From Octopus bimaculoides (lineage: Eukaryota), in assembly GCF_001194135.2 (NCBI RefSeq), contig NC_068988.1:94335719-94399718 (forward strand): a stretch of 64,000 nucleotides of DNA, read 5' to 3'. Of this stretch, positions 1 through 12,963 are shown piece by piece; the stretch's first letter is position 1; each line of letters begins with the position of its first letter. The position numbers and the translations under genes are program-made. Under the pieces are notes generated by a model. The model searched no databases. It saw nothing but the letters and a program-made list of their open reading frames with translations, and was not told where the DNA came from.

Positions 1-32
<32 letters not shown>

Positions 33-190
33 ATATATATACACATATATGGATATATACGTATATACGTATAAATGTATGTGTATATATAGATGCGTAT
101 GTGTGTATATATATATATACGTATATAGATATATAGATATATATGTGCATATACATGTATATATGTATATATGTACGTGTATACTCACAC
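1..190. repeat. (AT)n/(ATGT)n compound microsatellite
   Basis: Alternating AT/ATGT/ATAC units are directly visible. Confidence 0.95.
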
Positions 191-858
191 AAATGAAATA
201 GCTTTAAAACAACACAAGAAGGGGAATTGAATAAAGAGTTAAGAACGCTTCAAAATAGTATGTATGAATACCTCCACTGGAATTTATTAAGAAAAAAATT
301 AAGCAAATGCAATTTTGCTAGCATTAGCTATTCACTTACTTAAATCCATAAATAATTTTATCCAGAAGTCTTCAGTGATTTAATTTCCATACATTAACAT
401 AAATTACCATATTGGTGCTTGCGAATTACTTCTGAACTTAGCAGAGAAATCTTAATTGAATATGTGAAAAAGGCAAGAAATGACGTAATCAAGCAAAATC
501 AATTGGCGTCCATCTTCATAGAAGTCGAATGCAGAAATGGTTAAAATATAATGAAAGTAATAACTAAAATATATTATAGAATATCAATTTCTTTTTGCCG
601 GAAATACAAGAAGAAAAATACGAATCATGTTCTACAGATTGATGCAGGTAACATGATGTCATAGAAAGTGCTATAAAATAGAGTTTCGTTGATAGATCAA
701 TGTTCTAATTTACACACGTTGTCTCCATATACGTGTTATATATGTATGTAGGTGTATATTCATGTAGGTGTATGTAGGTGTATATTCATGCCTATATGCA
801 TACAAAGCTGCTGTATATGCTTGTGTGTACGTATATTTTTTACTTATATAAAAGTTTA

Positions 859-901
<43 letters not shown>

Positions 902-1289
902 GCTATGAATGCATGTATATGTGTAAGAGTGTGTGTGTGTGTGTGTGTAAATAGATACATGTAATATATATATATATATATATATACATGCACGCACATC
1001 CACATGAAAATGCACACACATAACACTTGCGTTCATGTATTCTAGTATACCCGTGTCGTCAAAACTGATATTTAATTAATAGTAGAATATAGCGCATACA
1101 ATGCAAAGAACGCATGAAACAATTGTCGGCTGTCTATCTACTCCTCATTTCGAGCATTGAACGACAATATGGGTCGTTAAAATAAAATTCGGGATTTATG
1201 GAAGGTCAAAGTTGGGAACAAACACAAGACAGTAGAGACAGACAAAGAAACCGAACGAAGCCGATAACACTCCTGTCGAAGACGGCATA

Positions 1290-1520
1290 TGAGCGGTCAG
1301 CTTTTTCTGAACGACCTGCACAAATGATTCGTTTAGAGTGATCAAATGTTCGTGTCACATAGACAACTGATGAAGGGTCATTATTTGTATTACTTGTCCT
1401 GTTTTCCATTTGTTTCTCTCGTTTACGTATTGAATTCATTTGCTTTCGTATTTCATACCGTTTACTGTTGGTGACGTCCTGTACCTATATATCAGCATGG
1501 CCGCAGCTCTAAGCTGAAAC
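1290..1520 (+). mobile_element. 3' end of an interspersed retro-repeat, possibly Penelope-like
   Basis: Contains ACAACTGATGAAGGG and a tail '...CGTATTTCAT...GTCCTGTACCTATATAT' that recurs at about 28660-28745. No GAAAC partner is close enough for an intact ribozyme. Confidence 0.3.
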
Positions 1521-2094
1521 TTTAAAAAAAAAAAATTAAAAAAATATAATGATTTTATATTTTAAGATTTGACAAGGAACAAATATATTGATGGTGCACG
1601 AGGAATTTTACTAAAAGCAGGTTCAAGAACGGCGTCATAGAGCTTGGCCTTTTTTCCGTTTTTGTTTTCAATCTATCACAATGTATATTTGCTTTATAAT
1701 TTCAAAAGTGTTTTATCAACTGGGCTAGCTTCCATGATCAAAGGCATATATTAAGTTCTCAGAACACAATTCTTTGAAATTTAATCTGGCAGAATATCCA
1801 ATGAGAAGATAAATTTGAAAATAGAAATACTATCTTAAATATACATTTCATGTTTTGGTTTGTGGGGGCGTTGTCTGAAAGAGAACTGCAGTGACCTTTA
1901 TATTTGGTTTGCAAAGTGCAATACAATGGAACTCATGTATTTACGATTGATATAATTCAAGAAATGTATCCCTTCCTTTCTCAATTCAAAAGAAATTCTG
2001 CTGTTTACGTTAAGTTCATTCTGACGTCTCTCTCTTTCTTTTTCTCTCTCTCAAACACACACACACATAAGCGCTATCGAGTAAGAGACAAATT

Positions 2095-2220
2095 GCGCCA
2101 ATACCAACCAATCAGAGTAGTGGACACAACGGGATAGAAACAGCGGCCAAATGCTAGCTGTTAAGTGCTACGTTCGAATGCACGTATATATAATAAAAGG
2201 GAGAGAGGAATTTCACTTGA
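2095..2220 (+). promoter_or_regulatory. Candidate Pol II core promoter (CCAAT x2, TATA, Inr)
   Basis: CCAAT at 2098-2102, AACCAATCAG at 2106-2115, TATATATAATAAAA at 2185-2198, and Inr-like TTCACT with its A at 2215 (28-30 nt after the TATA start). Candidate donor AAG|GTAATA at 2451/2452. Confidence 0.35.
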
Positions 2221-2530
2221 GAGTACGCTACACCTTGCCGAGACATAGCTTTTGAAAAGTCGCGAAACTTTTACTGCGTTTTCCTTGGGTTTAAAATTGT
2301 GAAGTTTACGACGGTCTGTTAGTAAACGCCTCAATTGATTTTGCTATCCGTCCCCATTTTCAAGACATTCACAACGAGGCTCTGTGTCACATGAAACATA
2401 AGAAATAGATTCCTGTTCAGATACAAGGACTGTCACACACAAGCATTGAAGGTAATAGACATACTATAGCCTATTGTAATTTGTATTATCGAAACTCGGT
2501 AACGTTGATCTCAATGGAATTTGAACTAGA

Positions 2531-2718
2531 AATAATCCTTTCTACTGGAAGCACAAGGCCTCAAATTTGTCGCGTGGGAACTAGCCAATTGCATCGACCC
2601 CAGTGTTTCATTGGTACCTTAATTTATCGACCCTGAAAGGATAAAAGACGAAGTCGACCTTGGCGAAATCTGAAGTCAGAACATAGAGACGGGCGAAATA
2701 CTGCAAAGCATTTCATCC
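2531..2718 (-). mobile_element. tRNA-derived SINE family A, 5'-truncated
   Basis: Tail TCCTTTCTACT...CACAAGGCC, core AATTTATCGACCCTGAAAGG...GTCGACCT and a B-box remnant. Matches about 20 other copies in the window. Confidence 0.85.
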
Positions 2719-5700
2719 AAATTGAACTAAAAATAATAAAGCGCCAGAAATATTTGCGCGAGATATTTTTTCCAACCGTAGTATTCTACGAATCTACATA
2801 TTTGAAGTAAAATACATTGACGATAATTTTTAATGCAATTTTTTTTATCATTCATATCTAAGACCAGGAAACAAAATTATTATAAAATGGATTTCGTACT
2901 CTTCTTTCACTGTTTCGCCTTTCCACATCGGTTGTCAGGGTCGAAGTAAGCAATGGGAAATGGAATAATGGAAAACACCTCGTGAAGACTACAGTATTGG
3001 TGGTCGTTGTGCTACGCCAAATCTTTTGTATATCCAAGTGAACTGGGTGGCAAAGATTAAATGTTAGGACAATAAAAGCAGCAAGTCTCAGAATCGAGGA
3101 ATATGCACAAGTAACTCTGCAGGTCCTTCATCAGCTAAGTTACGCATTGTCTTAAACATGCGTTGTCTAAATAACAATACTATCTTCAGCAATCATTAGA
3201 TGGAAGCCAAGTTTGGTTTCTTGTAAATTCTATAAGTTTACAGTTTAAGAAGCATCTTTGAAATGTGTTCTTCCCAAGCAAGTCTACTTTTTATACGAAC
3301 AAATGTACAACCAACATTTACTCGATGACGCTTTCGTCATCATTACATCAACAATATATTGAAGGTTACGCCAGGCTAGATGAGGTTACAGTAAATCTAA
3401 AATACATGCGGCTTCGTCTTTCGTACTTCCCGGAAAAATGAAAGTATCAACGGATTTTTCATGTCATCCTTTATAAATACGTTAGTCAACTATTTCATAT
3501 TTTGTTGGTAAATTATATTAATACTGACATCTGTCATAAGAAAGTTTAGAAGAACATTCAGGAATTTCATAATTTTTCGAAGAATTAATCCATTGGTTTC
3601 ATCTCAAATCGTCAATTTCTGTCGTTACTGCTAAGTGAGTGCTATGTAATCATCATCATCGTCTTCATCATCTCCACCGCCGTCGTCATCATTACTATCG
3701 TCCACTCGATATTTCATTGTTTTCTGCTGATATATAGCTACTAGATATCAAGCTACATTACGCAGTCTTAGGTTAGAGTTCTTGATCTGCCACTAAATAG
3801 GTGTTCTGTAGAGACCAAAAAATATCGATTGCCAACACCGTTAACAAGTTTTTGTTTTTTTTTCATCATTCTTGTGACAGTTTCTGAGGGTTCCATTACA
3901 ATGGTATTTAGGACAACTTTAAAGCGATCCCAAATTCAGCTATTATTACTATCAATATTGTGGTTCCTACTGCTGTTGTTGTTGTTGTTATATAGCGTGC
4001 TACATGGCAGAGTTGTTGAAGTGTCAGAGAAAACGCTTTGTGGCATTTGTTCCGGATCTTTAGGTTACGTATTCAAACTCTGCCAAGGTTAACTGTGTAA
4101 TTGATCCTCACTATACACATACACGCGCGCAGACGATTATACAAAATAGTGGTAATAAGGTTGATTAATCGAAGAGTACCTTACCCATCACATCCGTGGC
4201 CTTTTGCCTATTCTTAATTTTTATAGTCATTGAAATTGACAAAACCTTTAAGGCAATGGGGGGAAAACGCCTTTCGCAAACGGTTTTGCCACTTTACGGT
4301 TTGAGTCCGAATCACACCAAGATTAAATCTATACTCATACCTCAGAGGTTGATAACCAGTGATTATTATGGTCGTATGTATTGAAAAAATGCCTCAAATT
4401 TCTTTTGTTCAACTTAGATATATTGATAACAACATGGTTTATTGGTGGAGTGATCAGAGCGTCTCTCGAAGTGCCCCTTAGCCGTCTGAGTTAGCGAGTA
4501 CACAAGTACAACACTGGGTATCTTACAAAATGCTTAAATACTGTATGGATTATTTAAACAAGAATATAATGTCCATCCGTTCTGCGCTCTTCTTCTAAAT
4601 ATATAATCTTTACTCCTGAGAAAAATAAGTAGGTTAATATCAAAATACTTCACGTCAAATGAATAGCAGAGACTAATCCCAATAGAAATAAGAGACAGAA
4701 ATAATTTAACAAATTCATTTGGTTAAATACTCCAAGCACTGATTCAACTAACAATAACGATTTAAAGCATTAAAACAATCTAAAAAATCTTTGCCACATC
4801 ACCGAGAATGTTTAATGATCAATAACGTGGAAAATTACACAAATATTTTGGGGTTAAAGTCTAGAGAAACAGAAAAAGTATTCTTTTAAAAACATAGAAG
4901 AAAAACAAAGATATAGAAAATAACAAATCTTCATATTGAAGTAGACGAAACGGCAAAGTTTTTAATGTTTACTCTGATGACATAGATAAGGTAATGTCGA
5001 CAGCTATTTCAGTATTATTTCAAATGATAAAGATCTGACATTGAAAGCTAAAGAAAGTTACCTGTTTAATGGGTTGATATATATTCATAAGTATATATCT
5101 CCAGAGACAAAATACATCTTTAATGGCCTGGATATTGTTTATAAATGTATACGTCTCTTCGTAAGGGATTTTGTGTGTTTGTTTGTGTGTGTATGTGTGT
5201 GTCTGAGATTAAACTGTCGATTTCTTACATTATCACAAACCATGAGATTTGAAGAGCGGTTTTACAGTATTACGGTATTATATTTGATTCAATCAAAGCC
5301 AACTTATTCACAGTGCACATTTGTTGCTGTTTAGCAAGAGGTCGGTTAATCCTGATTGAGTATTTTAGCCATGAACATCCTGCTTTCCATCAAGGCACAA
5401 TCAATCTTGAGCTGCATAACCTGATATTCTTAAGATATGGTAGGATTTGAGGGAAATTAGGTTAATTCTAAGACATCAACCATCCACGTCGAGGCTCTCT
5501 TTATCAAGTGTGTTAGATAAAAGACAATGTCACGTGGGCCAAAATTAGCACTCGGATAACAGAGACTAATTTTTTAATGAAATTATTAATTAATAATAGA
5601 GACACAGTATTATTAGTCTGTATGTATTCCATTGGCAAGTTTCAAATATTTCAGAATTTTCGGTCCTTAAGTGTTTTAAAAATCCTGTTTTCCTCTGAAA

Positions 5701-5825
5701 ATCAATTGTCGTCATTTAGTTACTTTTATGAATATTTATTATAACAGTGTACCGCTGAGGCAAGCAGCAAGGGTTTCGTCGTTATGAAATAAGTCAAAAC
5801 TTCGTTTAGTTATGAATTGCATCGA

Positions 5826-5940
5826 GAAGAAGGAGGAGGAGGAAGAGACGAAATAGGAGGAGGTGTTGAGGAAGAAGAAGAAGAAGAAGAAGAAGAAGAC
5901 GAAGAAGAAGAAGAAGAAGAAGAAGAAGAAGAAGAAGAAG
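5826..5940. repeat. (GAA)n/(GAG)n microsatellite
   Basis: Directly visible. Confidence 0.95.
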
Positions 5941-6150
5941 AATCCTTTACACCATAGGCACAAGACCTGAAACTTGGGTAGGGGGCTATTGGATTACATC
6001 GACCCCAGTACACAACTGCTACTTAATTTGTCGATCCCGAAAGAATGAAAGGTAAAGTCCACCTTGGCTTTGAATACAAAAAGTACAGACGGACAATATT
6101 CCGCTAAGTATTTTGCCCGGCATCCTACCGATTTTGACAGGTCACCGTCT
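5941..6150 (-). mobile_element. SINE family A (copy 1 of tandem chain)
   Basis: Tail, core and head align to the full copy at 11027-11240 in reverse; diverged. Confidence 0.85.
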
Positions 6151-6165
6151 TAGTAGTAGTAGTAG

Positions 6166-6372
6166 TCCTTTCTACTATAGGCCACAAGGCCTGAAATTTG
6201 GTGGAGACGGTGTATTCTATACATCAACCACAGTACTCAATTGGTACTTAATTTATCGACCCCGAAAGGATGAAAGACAAAGTCGACCTCCGCGGAATTT
6301 GAACTCAGAACGTAAGGACAGACGAAATACTGCTAAGCATTTCGCCCGTCGCGCAAACGAGTCTGCCAGCTC
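6166..6372 (-). mobile_element. SINE family A (copy 2 of chain)
   Basis: TCCTTTCTACTATAGG...ATTTATCGACCCCGAAAGGATGAAAG...GGAATTTGAACTCAGAACG...CTGCCAGCTC. Confidence 0.9.
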
Positions 6373-6385
6373 ATAATAATAATAA

Positions 6386-6528
6386 TCTTTTCTACTATAA
6401 GGCCTGAAATTTGGGTAAGGGATAAAAGGCGAAGTTGGCCTCGGTGGAATTTGAACTCAGAACGTAGCGACGGGAGACATACCGCTAAGCATTTTGCCAG
6501 GTGTGCTAACAATTCTGCCAGTTCGCCG

Positions 6529-6530
<2 letters not shown>
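6386..6530 (-). mobile_element. SINE family A (copy 3, internal deletion)
   Basis: The tail is joined directly to the AAAGGCGAAGTTGGCCTCGG..GAATTTGAACTCAG head; the central core is missing. Confidence 0.85.

Positions 6531-6592
<62 letters not shown>
6531..6592. repeat. (AAT)n microsatellite
   Basis: Perfect AAT run between two SINE copies. Confidence 0.95.
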
Positions 6593-6593
<1 letters not shown>

Positions 6594-6808
6594 GTTTCAA
6601 ATTTTGCCACAAGGGCGGTAATGAGAGGGGATGGGATAAGTCGATTACATCGAACCCTAGTGTTTCACTGGTGCTTAATTTATCGATCCCGATGGGTGAA
6701 AAGCAAAGTCGACCTCGGCGGAATTTCAACTCAGAACGTAAAGACGGGCGAAATACCGCTAAGCATTTTATCCGGCATGCTAAAGATTCGACCAGTTCAC
6801 CACCTTAA
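6593..6808 (-). mobile_element. SINE family A (copy 4, alternative tail GTTTCAAATTTTGCCACAAG)
   Basis: Same head and core; tail variant shared with 15303-15519. Confidence 0.88.
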
Positions 6809-6983
<175 letters not shown>

Positions 6984-6984
6984 T

Positions 6985-7120
6985 GTTTATAATACAGGAA
7001 CAAGATCAGTAATTTCGAGAAGAATAGATCAGTAGATTGCATCTGCACTTGACTGGTGCAATATTTTATCGACCCCCAGAGGGAAGAAGGGAAAAATAAC
7101 CTCTGTAGGATTTGAACTCT
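6985..7120 (-). mobile_element. SINE family A (copy 5, degraded)
   Basis: CTGGTGCAATATTTTATCGACCCC...GGATTTGAACTC remnant. Confidence 0.6.
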
Positions 7121-9387
7121 ATGATAAAAGACTCGTTTCTAACATAAAATTGTAATAATAGTTTGCTATTGTAACAGTCAATATTGAGAAAGTCGTTTGC
7201 ATTATTATAAAAGGAGTTTAGCGAGGAGCCGTGTGTAACCTTAGTGGATAGCTTCTAGCAATTGCTGAAAATGGACAATAAGTGCCAAACACATGTGACT
7301 GAATTTCAGGGGAAAACTTGCTGCCAGTATCAAGTTATACGACTAGAAACACGTGACCACATGAATTTGATTCTCGTGAGGAATTGAGGGAATGCTTACC
7401 ATTCTGCAGCCTATACCATGGAGAGAAAAACATTGGGAACCTGAAGAGACATGCAAGTGCTTTTCCTTCAGCAAAGTCACGTTGCAAAATGTTCCTTCCT
7501 TGTATGGATTTTGAAGCTGTTTTGTTCTTCTTCCGAATGGTGTCGGTTAATTTCTTGGGAAATATAAATCTTTTTACTTAGCAGCCAGCATAATTTGACA
7601 ATGATGTAGATGACTCCTTAAAAAAAATATTTGGTTAAAAAACAACGATGAGCGATGGCTGGAAGAATATTGAGCTATATCTGATAACCAGTTGATCTAG
7701 CAAGTGGGGCCTCATATCAGTGAAGCGGGGGGGGGGGCTGTGCACAATGGCGTTGTCGAGAGGTAGGCTCCGAAACGTAGGGAGGTAGGCATTCTCTTGA
7801 AACTCTGTCGAGAGGTAGGTATTATCTCCCGATGACTCACCACCGCTGTATATGTATATACATGTGAGCGCGCGTATAAATGTGTGTGCATGTGTGTGCG
7901 TGCGTGTGTGTGTACACATAACTATCTGTCTATCTAGATCTAATGAAACCGAATATTTGGGGGATCAAGTTTTGTCGGCACCCAATTTTTAATCCGTTTG
8001 GATATTGTAATTGGTGGGAATCGTCAATATTACTCGCGATTGTGTGTAATTGAAAATTATTATTAATTATTTCAATTGCTTTTATTTCTTGTTTGTGGGG
8101 TCACACTATAGTAATTGTTCTTTCCGAGGAAAATTAAATCATTGATTATTTTTCTCTTCATTAATTGACACATAGGCTCGAGAATATTATAAGGCCTGGT
8201 ACAAGTAAATAAAATATATTCTCCGTTGATGAGGTATAATACGGCAGGATCCTTTTCAGATACAACATACCTCCATTTCCAATTGTTAACCCAATTGTAA
8301 TTTGGTGTTGCCGCTCTTCTTTTAGCGAGAATTAGCATTAATGTTAATGAGTTATTTCATTACGTGTGAGATTTTAAGTAATGGAACTTGTGTCAGAACG
8401 ACTCACTACATTATCAGTCGATTTATCTATATAGCTAACAGGCTGTCTCTAAAATATGGCATTATATTTCTGCTAATAAATAAAATCACATTGGAACAGC
8501 ACCGACAGACATCTCACAATTACGCCATTTTCCTATGCCAGCGGAAATACGAAGCAAGTTTTCTACTTTCGTTACTTCATTGTATTTAAAGTTTTTGAAA
8601 AAATTAACAGATTTCATTGGATAATAAATAAATAAATAAATAAAATAAATAAATTCGGCGAAAGTTAGTCATAAGATACAGAATACGGTTAGATGAAAGT
8701 GCTAATAATATCTCGACTGATAACTAGTTAACGTATAAGCATAAGAGATAATGAGATATACATTAAAATTGTTAAACTAGATTTTGTAAGAGCTGCTGTA
8801 TAGTCTCTAGCGAAAATATATGAATTACTCCGTTAGATATATGCCGAGATTCAAGATAGGTTAGGGTTGTCTTGTTTTGACTTATATGATTCAAATGCAC
8901 CTGATCCTCAGAGGCATTGTAAGCATTACTTTGGTTTCGCACATGAAGCCGTGCCTTACGATTCTCTTAAACTCATTTGGGGAATCAATATATTCATATA
9001 TTCAACCAAGTATTCAGATCAACCTCTACCTCTGTGTCAGAACAAATCTGACATAGCAGATACTCAAGAGACGATTTTCCAACCACCTATACTTCCATAT
9101 AAAACGTTAGCTGCTGTTTATGCCGTTGTTGATACAATGAAATGCATACGTTAGCAGTTTATCCGTGAGAGGGGTGCACATTTTAATGAGAATTTCAATT
9201 CCTCAAGTTGCATCTTTATTCAATTGATGCAAACTAACTTTCTACTTTCGTTATTACTAAACTTGTTAGTAACAATGGAACCAGGAAGTTGGTTGAGTGG
9301 CCAAAATGCCGAGCTGCTTCTCAAATGTTTCGTAGTTCGTTTTCTTTTAAGGTATCTCGTGTTCGCTGCAGGCAAGGTATACCAATG

Positions 9388-9389
9388 AT

Positions 9390-9425
<36 letters not shown>

Positions 9426-9557
9426 AACAATAATAATAATAATAATAATAAAATTAATAATAGAGGTATCTGGGTGAGACTTGGAGCCAACTTGTACAAA
9501 TGTAAAGCAAAAGTCAAACATAAAATAATAATAACAATAATAATAATAATAATGATG

Positions 9558-9640
<83 letters not shown>

Positions 9641-9761
9641 AAGAAGAAGAAGAAGAAGAAGAAGAAGAATATAAGGACTGCTCACTTGATACTGTTACTA
9701 TTATATCCAAAACAATAATAATAACAACAACAACAACAATAATAATAATAATAATAATAAT

Positions 9762-9800
<39 letters not shown>
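9388..9800. repeat. Compound (AAC)n/(AAT)n/(AAG)n microsatellite with embedded retroelement stubs
   Basis: Trinucleotide runs interrupted by short unique blocks at 9462-9530 and 9670-9713. Confidence 0.9.
9462..9530 (+). mobile_element. Probable extreme 3' end of an R4/Dong-type non-LTR element
   Basis: A 70-bp unique block flanked on both sides by (AAT)n and ending ...GTCAAACATAAAATAATAATA. Dong-clade elements are known to target (TAA)n. The family assignment is from recall. Confidence 0.45.
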
Positions 9801-9820
9801 CCTTCCTACTGTAGGCACAG

Positions 9821-10730
9821 TTCCGGGAGTGAGCTAGAAAGGAAGTATAGGGTGAAGAGAAAGGGAATCATTGTTGTGATTGAGGAATTAAAACAGAGGT
9901 TGAAATCTAAAACCTATAAACTAAAAAGATATGAACAGAGAATTGAGCAGTACAGATTGAACAGACTTTTCGAACAAAATCAAAAACGAGTCAATCAGGA
10001 ACTGGATGCATAGAAACAGGTGTAAAAGCCGTGCCGGATGCGGAAGAAAGTACAAGATTTACGTCAAACATATGATCTCAGGAGAAACAACACGAAACTG
10101 AAGCAGAGTGGTAAAAGGCACTCAAAGAGGAACGTGGAGGGTATCAGCAGGAGGATTTGAGAATAACCGAGGAGATGATTAGAGAACAATGCAGGAAATT
10201 TCCTAGCTGGAAAGCACCTGGCTCAGATGGGGTTCAGGGCTTTTGGATTAAAAGCGCGACAGCTCTGCACACGAGAATTGCGAGACAGGTGGACGAATTA
10301 GTGAGTAGTGATATTCAAGTACAGACCTGGATGGCAAAAGGAAGAACGCTACTATGCCAGAAGGACCCAAGTAAAGGGAATGCGGTTGGAAATTTCCGAC
10401 TAGTATCTCGTTTGCCACTGATAACGGGCATCATATCAAACAGCAGCTATAAGTACCTACATGAGAACGATCTACTACCAATGGAACAAAAAGGGTGTAG
10501 ACGTAAGAGCAGAGGTACGAGGGATCAATTGCTAATATATAAGACTATCCTGGCTGATTGCAAGAAGAGACACAAAAATTTGGCAATGACTTGGGTGGAC
10601 TATAGGAAAGCATATTTCATGGGCCCACACTCGTGGATTATTGAATGCCTTAAACTGCTTAAGCTAATACGAAACTCAATGTGAAAGTGGCGAACTGAAC
10701 TCACAGTATGGGGAGATAAAGCTGGGAGAC
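9821..10730 (+). pseudogene. R4/Dong-clade non-LTR retrotransposon ORF fragment (pre-RT region plus RT domains 0-3)
   Basis: EELKQRLKSKTYKLKRYEQRIEQYRLNRLFEQNQKR, WKAPGSDGVQGFWIK, GRTLLCQKDPSKGNAVGNFR, EQKGCRRKSRGTRDQLLI and WVDYRKAY..PHSWIIECLK. Stops and frameshifts flank ORF 10157-10684. Confidence 0.92.
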
Positions 10731-11026
10731 TTATAAATAACGTAATTAATTGTACTGCCGTGTAGGAACTCAATATCTGCTTAAAATTAATCGCCGATTG
10801 TAGGAGGGGAAGGAGGGTTTACGTACTCACACGTTCTCACTCTCTCTCACTCTCTCTCTACCTCTCACCCCTTTCTCTTTCCCTTGTCCTCTCTCTTTAT
10901 CGCTATCTCCTTCTACAGCCATGTAATGCACAAATTCTCTCTCTCTGCTCACTCATTTTCCCCCACCTCTCTCTCTCTCTCTCACTGAGTAAAACAATTA
11001 TGTGCACATAATATATATATTTTTTA

Positions 11027-11240
11027 AAGGCGGCGAGCTGGCAGAAACGTTAGCACGCCGGGCGAAAGGCTCAGCGGTATTTCGTCTGTCGTTACGTTCT
11101 GAGTTCAAATTCCGCCGGGGTCGACTTTGCTTTTCATCTTTTCGGTGTCGATAAATTAAGTACCAGTTGCGTACTGGGGCCGATGTATTCGACTAGTTCC
11201 CACCCCCAAATTTTAGGCATTTTGCCTATAGTGGAAAGGA
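11027..11240 (+). mobile_element. SINE family A, full length (reference copy)
   Basis: Head AGGCGGCGAGCTGGCAGAAACG (A-box-like), B-box GAGTTCAAATTCC, core GTCGACTTTGCTTTTCATC..GTCGATAAATTAAGTACCAG (resembles the MetaSINE Meta domain as I recall it), tail ...GTGGAAAGGATAAT. Confidence 0.93.
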
Positions 11241-11534
11241 TAATATGTATTCTTTAGATGTTGGCGTTGCTGTTATACCAGAGGTCAGTGCTAAAAGAGT
11301 AGAGCTGTAATCGAAAGAATTCTCACCGAGATCTTACCATCTCCGTTCCCGTCTCCTTTTTACAGCCACAGTGTATCTAGGCTTACATGATCCAGAGCGA
11401 AATTCCCCGAGAAAGACCTAGAAGGTATTTAAGTGAGATGTAGGTTTATAACAGTTAGACAGATCAATCAGAAGCTTCACTTCCTCTTCACTGTATTGAG
11501 TTGTGAAGAATCAACTTGACCATCAACTAATGTC

Positions 11535-11568
11535 TTGTGTGTGATGTGTGTGTGCGTATGTGTGTGTG

Positions 11569-11603
<35 letters not shown>

Positions 11604-11887
11604 TGTGTGTGCGTGTGTGTGTGTGTATGTGTGATGTGTGTGTGTGCGTGTGTATGTGTGTGTGATGTGTATGTCATATGTGTGTGTGATCTGTGTCTGT
11701 GTGTGTGATCTGTGTGTGATCTGTGTGTTTGATGTGTGTATGCATGATGTGTGTGTGATGTGTGTATGTGTGTGATGTGTGTGATGTGATATGTGTTTGT
11801 GTGTGTGATGTATGTGTGTGTGTGTGCGATGTGCGTGTGTGATGTGTGTGCATGTGTGATGTGTGTACATGCGTGTGTATGTGTGTG
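11535..11887. repeat. Degenerate (TG)n/(TGTGTGA)n satellite
   Basis: Directly visible; explains the His/Thr-rich ORFs at 11477-11941. Confidence 0.92.
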
Positions 11888-12599
11888 AAATATGAACAAG
11901 AAATGTTTTGATATTGTACAACTATATAATGATCTATTCAATTTATAGTCAGAAAACTTTCCTCAATGCCGAGGTAATATTTCATTAAATGAACTATTGA
12001 TTGCATATAGATTTTTGCAATTAATATCGATCTTTCACTTCTAAAATTACAACAAGCTCAGAAGCAAGTAATTAATTATTATAAAAATAGGGGGGAAAAA
12101 AGAGAAAATTCTAGCTGGCCAAAACTCAACACAAACAATAAATGTCATAATACTTCGAAAGAAAAAGAAGATTGAAGTTACAGCTTAGAATGCACGTCAT
12201 TTTCTCATTCATGAACTTTCTATGTGATCATTATTTCGATTATTATGTTTGGAAAATATATAGAAATACGGAACTCATCATATCAAATGAGCGAATTCAG
12301 TTAGAACCACGCGAATAGATAATCTAAGCTTCTGGCAAAATACCAATGTGTTGCTGTATACAATTTCTAAACACTGTAACTAGTGCAATAATAGGTCCAG
12401 ATGCTGGATATGAAACTCTGTTTAATGACACACAGGAACTGTAGTCAAGTAATGCTTCCATGTTAAGCTTATTACTCTATAACTCTGTGTTGTGTGTGTG
12501 TTGTGTGTGTGTGTGTGTGTGTGTGTGTCAGAGTGTGTGTTATAAGGGTAAATGAGATAAGTGCAACGTGAGTTGCGATGGTTAAAAGCATGCATGTAC

Positions 12600-12810
12600 G
12601 CATGTATGTATGTATGTATGTAAGTATATAAAAACATATTTAGACATATATACATACTCACATGTATCAAGCATCCGCGAGGACACACAGCATACACGTG
12701 CTCATACATACATACATACATACACTCATACACTCATACATACATACATACATATACACATGCATGTATATTTACATACAAACATGCGCATACACATATA
12801 CACATATATA

Positions 12811-12858
<48 letters not shown>

Positions 12859-12963
12859 TACTACTACTACTACTACTTCTACTACTACTACTACTATTAT
12901 CATTATTATTATTATTATTGCTATTATTTTCATTATTATCATTATTATCATTATTATTATTAC
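12600..12963. repeat. (ATAC)n followed by (ATT)n/(ACT)n microsatellites
   Basis: Directly visible. Confidence 0.92.

Noticed and set aside
3100-3145. Hammerhead from CTGATGAAGG on the minus strand (also CTGATGAAGGG at 1367, CTGAAGA at 17634 and 62307)
   Set aside because: No stem II closed by GAAA follows any of these cores.
8072-8338. 88-aa ORF or exon with donor GAG|GTATGT on the minus strand
   Set aside because: No recognisable domain, no convincing acceptor and no neighbouring exons.
11477-11941. His/Thr-rich protein
   Set aside because: Reading of a degenerate (CA)n satellite.
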